Source: Curvularia clavata (Eukaryota). From it: a stretch of DNA of 64,000 nt. Positions within the stretch are counted from its first letter, which is position 1. Each line of letters begins with the position of its first letter. The notes beneath the pieces were generated by a model that was given only the letters and a program-made list of their open reading frames with translations, made no database searches and had not been told where the DNA came from. The DNA lies in contig CP089281.1 of NCBI GenBank assembly GCA_023920165.1, positions 1,364,001 through 1,428,000 on the forward strand. The letters run 5' to 3'. Below, one piece after another: positions 56,532 to 64,000 of the stretch. Made by a program: the position numbers and the translations under genes.

Positions 56532-58600
56532 TCAAAGCTTAACACCCCCGCCCTCAATTGTCTCCAAATCAGCCTTTGTAAACCTGACATAAGTGCCGTT
56601 CTTCAACCAGTACAAGAGATCTCCATCCTTCTCCACCACAGCCGGATCGATACCGTCCTTCTGCAACAAATGCTTCTGCTGCTTATTCGTACCTGTAAGC
56701 TGCATCTCCTTTGTGACGCGGATCCAGATGGGGGCCGCGAAAGCCGGCAACTCCTTCTTTACATGCTGAGCCAGCGAAGACAGCACAGCGTCTGAAGGTG
56801 CACCAGCAGCCTGGTCCTTGAATACAACAGCAGCGCAGCCCGCGCGGCCATCATGGCGCGGGATCTGCACGCCGTAGACGTTTGCTTCAGCGACGGCGGG
56901 GTGCTTGCCCAGGGCCTCGCTGACTTCAGCGGTAGAGACGTTTTCTGCTTTCCAGCGGAAGGTGTCGCCGAGGCGGTCGACGAACCAGAAGCGGCCTTGG
57001 TCGTCCCAGCGCATGAGGTCACCGGTGCGGAAGTAGGCGTCGCCTTTGGTCTTTACGTCGCGGATGATTTTGCTGTTTGTGGCTTTGGAGTTGCCGAAGT
57101 AGCCTTGGAAGCTTTGCTTGATGTTGGCGGCATCGAGTTTGCTGAGCATTTCACCAGGTTCGTTCCAGTCGCAGATCTGGCATAGGCCGGTCTTAGGGTC
57201 GCGGATGGGCTCTGGAGGGTCAGATTCCGGATCCATGCGTACGAGGCAGTTTCTTTGCGCCATGAGCATGGTGCCTATTGTGCCGTTGCGGGCAATTGCG
57301 CCGGTGGAGAAGGAGTTTGAAGAGCGGTTGAAGAGGGCGCCAGGACTCTCTGTTGCTGCATAAAACTCGAAGATGGTCTCGATGCCAAAGCGTTCCTTGA
57401 AGGCCTCCCAGACGTCAGGGCGCAAGCCGTTTCCAAAAGCAGCGCGAAGTTTGTGTTGCTTGTCTAGGGGCGATGGAGGCGCGGAGAGGAGGTATCGACA
57501 TGTCTCACCGACGTATTGGAGGATAGTGGCGTTAGATTCTCGGATCTCAGGCCAGAAGGTCTTGTGAGAGAACTTCCTAGAAATGCATATTGTGCTCCCG
57601 GCACGGAGGACAGAGCACAAACCCAAAATTGAAGCAGAGCTGTGGTATAGTGGCATAGATGCGTACAAGACATCGTTGTTGTTGAGCCCCAGCCATATCG
57701 CAGTGAACTTGGAGCCAATGGCAAATCTTCCCCAAGCCATGTAGGCGGGCTTGGGAAGGCCAGTTGTGCCGGATGTGTAGATCAGCATGGCCATGCTGGT
57801 GCGCGTTTGGCCTGAGCGGACTGAGTCTGGGAAGCGTGTCGCCGGCTGGGTAAGAATGTGTGATGTCAATGCGTCATCAAAGAAGATGACTTCGACCTTT
57901 CGCTCAGCGCTTGACTCGACAGCGGCGTCCGAGGACTGTGTCTGTTTCTTAAGGGATCGCGGGATGTCGGACTCTTCGAGCTGGAAGCTGAACTCAACCT
58001 TGTCCGCGCAGTCTGTTCGAATGAAGCCTTGCTCCCTCATCGCGTCATCATTAAAGTTTGCCTTGCTTTCTTGATCCACAAGCACCAGCTTGGCTGTACT
58101 TGTCTTCACGGTATGCACCAGCGGCTTTCCCGTAAGGTTGTAGTTGATAAAGGCCGGTCTTGCGCCAATGCTCCAAAGGCCAAACCACACCCAGACGAAG
58201 ACATCTGAATTCACAAAGTCCATTGCGACAATATCATCCTTTTCTATGCCCTTGCTCTTCAGCCACACTCCATAGCGGAGAACGGTATCGTACGCTTGCG
58301 CGTACGTCCACCTCTTTCCCTGAAAGATGATCCAGGGTTGGTTTGCCCGTGAGGATTGCGCATGTGATTCGAGTTCGTAGAAGAGGTTCAGTTGGTCGCG
58401 TCGTTCGAGGAGCGCGCCGTTGATTTGGCTGCCGAAAAGGGCGGATATCATCGGCCAGTCGTACGTGAAGCCATGGCGACCGTTGAGGTATGCGACGCCG
58501 GCTGCTGCGGCCGGCAGAGCGAATGGAAGCACTGTGATAGCAAGGTTGATTAGCACATGCAGGGCTGACTGTACGCGGCTACAACGAGCGTACCTGACAT
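56532..58600 (-). CDS. FAT1: Very-long-chain acyl-CoA synthetase / fatty acid transport protein (FATP/Fat1 family); 7-nt first coding exon
   Basis: IYTSGTTGLPKPA, YVGETCRYL, FGNGLRPDVW, GDAYFRTGDL, FVDRLGDTFRWKAENVST. ATGTCAG/gtacgc...gctaat...cacag gives MSVLPFALP. Confidence 0.9.
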
Positions 58601-58779
58601 AGTGGATGAGCAGGGGCGAGAAGTAACGGAAAACTCGCCCGATTTGATATCGTTATATCAAAGGAGGTTGAAGAGGGAAGTCAGAGTTGAAAGATATGGC
58701 TCAACCCCAAACCAATCGGCCACAACATACCCTTCATCGTTGGCTAGTGACGTTCGACCCCAGCTAGTCAGTGGAGCTG

Positions 58780-58785
58780 CCGAGG
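58780..58785. promoter_or_regulatory. Possible FarA/Ctf1 fatty-acid-response site (CCGAGG/CCTCGG)
   Basis: CCGAGG 180 bp upstream of the FAT1 ATG, with another at 48925 upstream of the patatin lipase. A 6-mer also occurs by chance. Confidence 0.35.
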
Positions 58786-59564
58786 CAAGTCGGTATCGGG
58801 TACCCCTGGTAGTCTGCCGTGCAATCCATCCACCATCCCTCTTCCATGCTTCCCCTCATTACCCTGACCTGGTAAGCGTCTCGGTCTGGCAGCAAGGAGC
58901 CATACGGAGTATGCTGCTCGCTTTCGCTGAGCGTGGGGCGGTAACGGGGCTCAAGGTCCGTCTGCTGGCAGTGGGTATACCCCATTGCACTGACTCGGCC
59001 GGCAGAGTAGTGCACAAAGGATAATTTGCACAAGAATGCGGCTCTCCCGAAAGATTCTTCAAAAGACAAAAGGCCGCGAGGGCGCTTGGGTATAGTAATG
59101 TGTTGTAGGCATCACAAGGAAAGGAGCTTAGCTGGCTTCCCTGCAAGTTTCATAGAATCATGCACTGTCACGTGTCGACGCGTTCAACAAGCACCGCGCG
59201 CCAATGCCCGTGCAGCTGCGTGGAGAGCAAACTCAGAACGAAAAATGGATTATGATATACAGAAAATGCCTAGCGACACATGCGAGACTATAGCTCAAGG
59301 GACAACTATATACGTAATAACCTGTATCCAAATCCATCTTTCCATCCTTATCCCAAGGTATACCGCCCCCAAGACTATATGATTTGCGCCAAACAATCGC
59401 TCCAGAAAATGCTATTGGAGAAGTGAAGATAGTAAAACAAGTACACCCAGAGCCGTCGGACAAGCAGTCTTGCCAACAACCGGGCGAGTTCGCGAATTGT
59501 GGTATATAGATTACAGGAATATCCTGTCGTCAACCGTATACATACGAGGCGCACCAACCTTCAT

Positions 59565-61686
59565 CTACCGTATTGTCTCGCCTTCGACGTGTGGCGTTGG
59601 CTGCTCTGGAGCGGAAGATTCCATATCTTGGATTGGGGCAGCTTCCTTAGCCGGCTCATGCGATACGTCATCAACAGGAGCGTCTGCAGGCGCCTGATCA
59701 GTAGGCTCAGGCTCCTTTGGCGCCTCCTCATCCGCCTTATGCTCCTCGTCTCCGTGTCCGTTGGTCACAGCCGCCTTGGCCTTGGATGCGACGTCCTCCA
59801 CCTTGGAGGCAGCCTCCTCGACCTTCTTCTTTCCCTTCTGCAGAGTGCTAGGCTTTGACGGTGCGGGGGCTTTGTGAGGGTGAGCGACGGGCTTCTCGTG
59901 GGTCTTGCTAGAGCTTGCCGCTGTTGGGCGCATCATACGCTCAAGGAAGCCACCCTTGGGTGCTGCACCTACGGTTGAGGTACGAGACTCGGGACGCTTT
60001 GGCGCGCTAGGTCCAACTGAAGGACGAGGAGCCTTCGAAGCAGCAGGCTTAGGGGCAGGGCGGGTAGTGGTGGTGGCGGGTTTCCGAGCAGCAGCTGGCT
60101 CTTCGCCGTGCTTGGCAGCCGAGGCCGCAGTAGGTGCGGTCAAACGAGAAGGGAGGCCAACAGGGCGTGTGGGAGATTTGGGAACGGGTTTCTTGACTCC
60201 TGTTGGGGAGACGCTATGATATGGTTAGACTTGTGTATGATACGGGCTTTGGTGGTACGTACCTTTTACGAGCAGCAGATGCGGCTGGCTTGGAAGCAGC
60301 AGGCTTCTTGACCTCAGTAGCTGAAGCGGCCGGCTTAGCCTTTGATGCTGCACTGGCAGTGGGCGCAGTAGCTGAGGATGCCGCTGGGCGGAGAGAAGTG
60401 CGGCTAGTCTTCGTAGTAGGGACCTTCGCAGCCGGAGCCTTTGCAGCAGCCGGGGCCTTTGTGGCAGGGGCCTTGACAGGCTCCTTAGGAGCAGCCGGCT
60501 TTGACACCTTGGGCGCAGGGCTAGGTTTAGTGGCTGGTGTACTTGTCTTGGCTTTGGGTGGAGTCTTTGGTGCGGCCTTTGGAAGAGGGCTCTTCGCGGA
60601 TGCGGGGACCGCCTTGGAGGATTTGGCAGTAGAGATTGTTGAGGGCTTCTTGACGTCAAGCTTCTTCGCTGCGGGAGTTCCGTTCGCTTTCGACTTGCTC
60701 TCAGTGGGCTTTGGGGTCTGGGCTGCTGGTTCGCTGCTCTCTGCTGGAGTCTCTTCAGTGGCGGGAGCCACCTCCTCGGTAATAGTGGGCACATCAGCAG
60801 GAGCTGCAGGCTTCGAGACAGCTTCCTCAGCAGGCTTAGCATCGGCTGGGGGTGCAGGAGTAGGTTCTTCTTCGACAATGGCAGGTTCATCAGCAGTCGC
60901 AACCTTCTCGCTCGCGTTAGCAGTTTCCGCAACAGCTGCCTCCTTTTCGACGGCGGCTTCCTCCGCAGCAGGCACGGCCTCTTCAACCGCGGCTTCTTCC
61001 GTGGCGGTCTTGTTGTGTTCGACAGCAGCCTCGTCTGTGGGCGCAGCCGGCCTCAGCGCAACTTCTTCCTGGGCGCCTGTGGTGGCCTTGTCCGGGTTCT
61101 CAGCAGGCTGGGCAGGAGCCTGTTCTGGGGCTGGCTCTGCGTCCTCGACAGCACTTTCTTCGGGTACGGCTGGTGTCTGCTCAACCTTGGGCTCCTCAGG
61201 CTCAGGAACTAGTGCAGGAGCATCACCAACTTCTGCGGCGTCCGGCTTGGGAGCTTCGACAGCTTCTTCTTTCTCTGGTTCCTTTCGGTCAAGAGGAGCC
61301 GGTTCCGAAGATTCTCGCGACACCACCGCTTGCTCGGGGACAGCTTCAGGAACAGCTATGCTCTTTGCACGCTCCTCTTTCTCGTTGCTGATAATCTTCT
61401 TGAGATCGAGGAGCTCGTCGGGCCTGTCTTCGCTCACGCTGAAGCTCTCGCGGCGGTGGGCAATGGTGCTAGCGGCCGGGGCGGGCTTGGGCTGGCCGAG
61501 GTCGGAGGGGATGTAGGCGCTCGTGGGCTCGACGGGGACAAAGGAGGCGCGCACCTTTGACCTGGGGCGCTCTTCGCCGTCTGCGGGAGCGGTATGGTCG
61601 ACTGGAGAGCGACCGCGGGGCTCGGAAGAGGCCGCAGAGTTGGAGTTTTCAAACATGGCGCGCAGATTGCGCACGCCGTTGGACAT
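59565..61686 (-). CDS. Disordered Ala/Pro/Glu/Lys-rich protein, possibly cytoskeleton-associated; intron about 60261-60211
   Basis: ORFs 60214..61713 and 59565..60143 joined by a GT-AG intron; N-terminal VRNLRAMFE, acidic middle, basic region with repeated PTA[SA][SA] motifs. Confidence 0.8.
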
Positions 61687-62894
61687 GCTGTGCGAGGACT
61701 CGACAGTCGTCAATGGGGTATGAGCAGTGTGATGTCGAGAGGAAGGCCGTGGCCGCGATATGGGATACGTGTGAGAAGTCGGTGGTCCGCGCCTGAAACC
61801 CGGGCAATTTGTTTATGTACAAGCAGTGACGACTTGGTGACAGGGATGCATGGGGCGTCCCACAGGAACGCAGGACTTGCAGGAAAAGCGGATGGGCTCA
61901 ATTGGAGGGTGGAGCAACGAGGTTATGAATTGGGGAGCAGAGCAGAGTGGTGACGATGAAGGAACCCCTGGGGAAGCTGGTACAGGAAGGAGTCGCAGGT
62001 GCAGTCCGGAGTAACCATAACGACTGCGCCAACCCGAAGCGTCATAGCGCCAGTGACGTCTGGCCTCGACCTGGCCCTCGCTGCTCGCTCTCTGCCCGCT
62101 GCCATTCATAGCACAAACCCGCCCGGTGCACGTTGTAAACCTTTCATCTCACCACCTGAGCCCTCGGCGTGTCCAGTTCACCCTGAAATTACGACACAAA
62201 ATCCCTCGTCTCGTCGGCATCCCCTGCGAACTCTTCTCATGCACACAGATGCAACTGAGCTGGCGCTGCTGCCCGAACCACCAAAAACCAGTTTATGCGC
62301 AAACAAAGCCACACGTTGCTGCAGCACCCGATGCACACTGCCCATAGCTCGCTCGTCGGGTTCCAGCCTTACATAGGCACAAGGGAATATCCATACTGTT
62401 TTACTTGTACTGCGGGAATCCCACGCGACAGTCAGGGATGAAGGATGCCCAGGCCAGCGAATCATGTCACTGCTAGGCATGAACCCATCGCAATCTTCTC
62501 GCCTCGGCCAATCAAGAGCATCCGCTCCAGCTATGCCCGTTGCCTCACGTGAGCCCCCTGATCTCTTGAACGGCTCTCCGCTCCACATCTGCCAGCTGCC
62601 CCCATTATGTGAAGCCCTAGACATATTGCTTTTTCGCGGGGTAGAAAGTGCCCGCTTGCCTTGCTCTCCAACGTAGGGTGTTTGCCCACTGAACCGCTGT
62701 GCTTCTCGACAAAGTCTCTCTCTATGCATGTGACAGACGGCTAAACCTACAGCCCAAGATGAGATACTCGAAACTTGGCGAAACATTGGACTGGAGCCTC
62801 AAACTGACAGTATGAACATTATCATTTACATATTAAATCATAGAAAGTATTTGTCATGTAGAAAAGCTCGCTCGTGTCATTGAAGCAAAACTCC

Positions 62895-64000
62895 TTAAAC
62901 GGGGCTCGTCTGGTCGCCCTGGCAGCTTCCTGTAGCCGTACCACACCTCAAATGCAAGTCATCTGAAGAACCACCAATCCAAACCCCATAGTCGCCGTCA
63001 ACAGCAGGAATCACCCAGTTCTGCTCTACAACATCCCAGATGCTCAGGTCCTTGCGTGTCAGTCGCAGCTTCAACGTCTGGCTGGCGCCGGCGGCAAGCG
63101 ACGATGTCTTTGCAAAGTCTCGTAGCTGGATGATAGGCGTATCGACTGTGCTCTGGCCGGGGAACTGCAAGTAGAGCTGCGCGACCGCCTTGCCAGCACG
63201 GTTACCAGTGTTGGTCACCTTGACAGAAACGTCGTATGCCACATCAAAGAGAGCAGGGTTGCCACCTTGAGCACCGCCTGCCGCTGGGCCAGCCTTTTGC
63301 ACATTGGAGTAGCCGGCAGGGTAGGGATAGGTCGAAGTAGAGTTTCCAATCTTCGCAGCAGCGTCGGCATCGTTCTTGTCAAGCCACGAGTACAAGTAGC
63401 GCCAGATGCGGTTGAAGTTGTCTGGCCAATAAGCCTCTGAAGCAGGCGGGATTGCAGTTGAATAGGATGGCGTCGAGCCCTTTGCTGGGCGTGTCGGAGG
63501 CGTCCTGCTGAGTGGCGTCACAGGTGTTATGGTTGCGTCGGAGAAGGAAAAGGTCGTGTAGCTGAGACCGTGGCCAAAGGCATAGCGGGGTGTCACGTTG
63601 GCCTTGTGGAAGTGGCGATAATCAATGTAGAGACCCTCTGTGAACGTATCCTGAGGCTGGCCAAGCTGGTATCCTACAAGATTCACAGAGTTGGGGTAGT
63701 CAGACTCGGCCATAGGGAGGGTGTAAGGCAAGTGGCCAGATGGAGAGACGTCGCCGTATAGAACCTGCATCAAGGAGTTTCCTGCTTCTTGGCCAGGCAG
63801 ATGGGCAAAGACGACTGCCTTGACCGAAGGCAGATCATGCCATTCGTTCATGAGGATGGGACCAACAGTGTGTACTACCACGACAACGTTTGAGTACTTG
63901 GCAGCAACGTCCTTGACGAGCTTGTCACCGTTGTGCCACAGGTTCAAGTTGGCGGAAGTACGATCTCCTGGGTTACCCTCGACCGTGATGTAGTTTTCTC
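62895..64000 (-). CDS. GH3 beta-glucosidase, C-terminal part (GH3-C and Fn3-like domains), 5'-truncated by the window edge
   Basis: [81 protein letters not shown]. Confidence 0.95.
   Translation of the reverse strand, partial: ENYITVEGNPGDRTSANLNLWHNGDKLVKDVAAKYSNVVVVVHTVGPILMNEWHDLPSVKAVVFAHLPGQEAGNSLMQVLYGDVSPSGHLPYTLPMAESDYPNSVNLVGYQLGQPQDTFTEGLYIDYRHFHKANVTPRYAFGHGLSYTTFSFSDATITPVTPLSRTPPTRPAKGSTPSYSTAIPPASEAYWPDNFNRIWRYLYSWLDKNDADAAAKIGNSTSTYPYPAGYSNVQKAGPAAGGAQGGNPALFDVAYDVSVKVTNTGNRAGKAVAQLYLQFPGQSTVDTPIIQLRDFAKTSSLAAGASQTLKLRLTRKDLSIWDVVEQNWVIPAVDGDYGVWIGGSSDDLHLRCGTATGSCQGDQTSPV

Overview
Eukaryotic, intron-containing DNA from a filamentous ascomycete (gene repertoire and style suggest a Dothideomycete/Pleosporales; inference). 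From about 3.6 kb to the end it is gene-dense, with about 25 genes: NMT1, a BIRC6/UBE2O-type E2 enzyme, AIM11, a Thr-rich secreted protein, NOP6, a Vps62-like protein, an SrpA-type catalase-like protein, a cAMP-receptor-like GPCR, nudC, AP180, KMT6/EZH2, HYPK, class II DAHP synthase, a Harbinger-like HTH gene, a Zn2Cys6 TF, a BTB protein, DUF1989, a repeat-rich secreted protein, QRI7, a patatin lipase, RAD2, FAT1, a putative cytoskeletal protein and a 5'-truncated GH3 beta-glucosidase. The first 3.2 kb is different. An intronless orphan membrane-protein ORF running off the left edge is followed by about 1.9 kb of apparently non-coding DNA built from five distinct repeat modules. These include a 4-copy structured motif with a compensatory base-pair change and hammerhead-like core nucleotides, and a tract with about 19 TGTA motifs. 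This block is the best candidate for an undescribed RNA or mobile system. All family assignments come from motif recognition by eye; no database searches were run.
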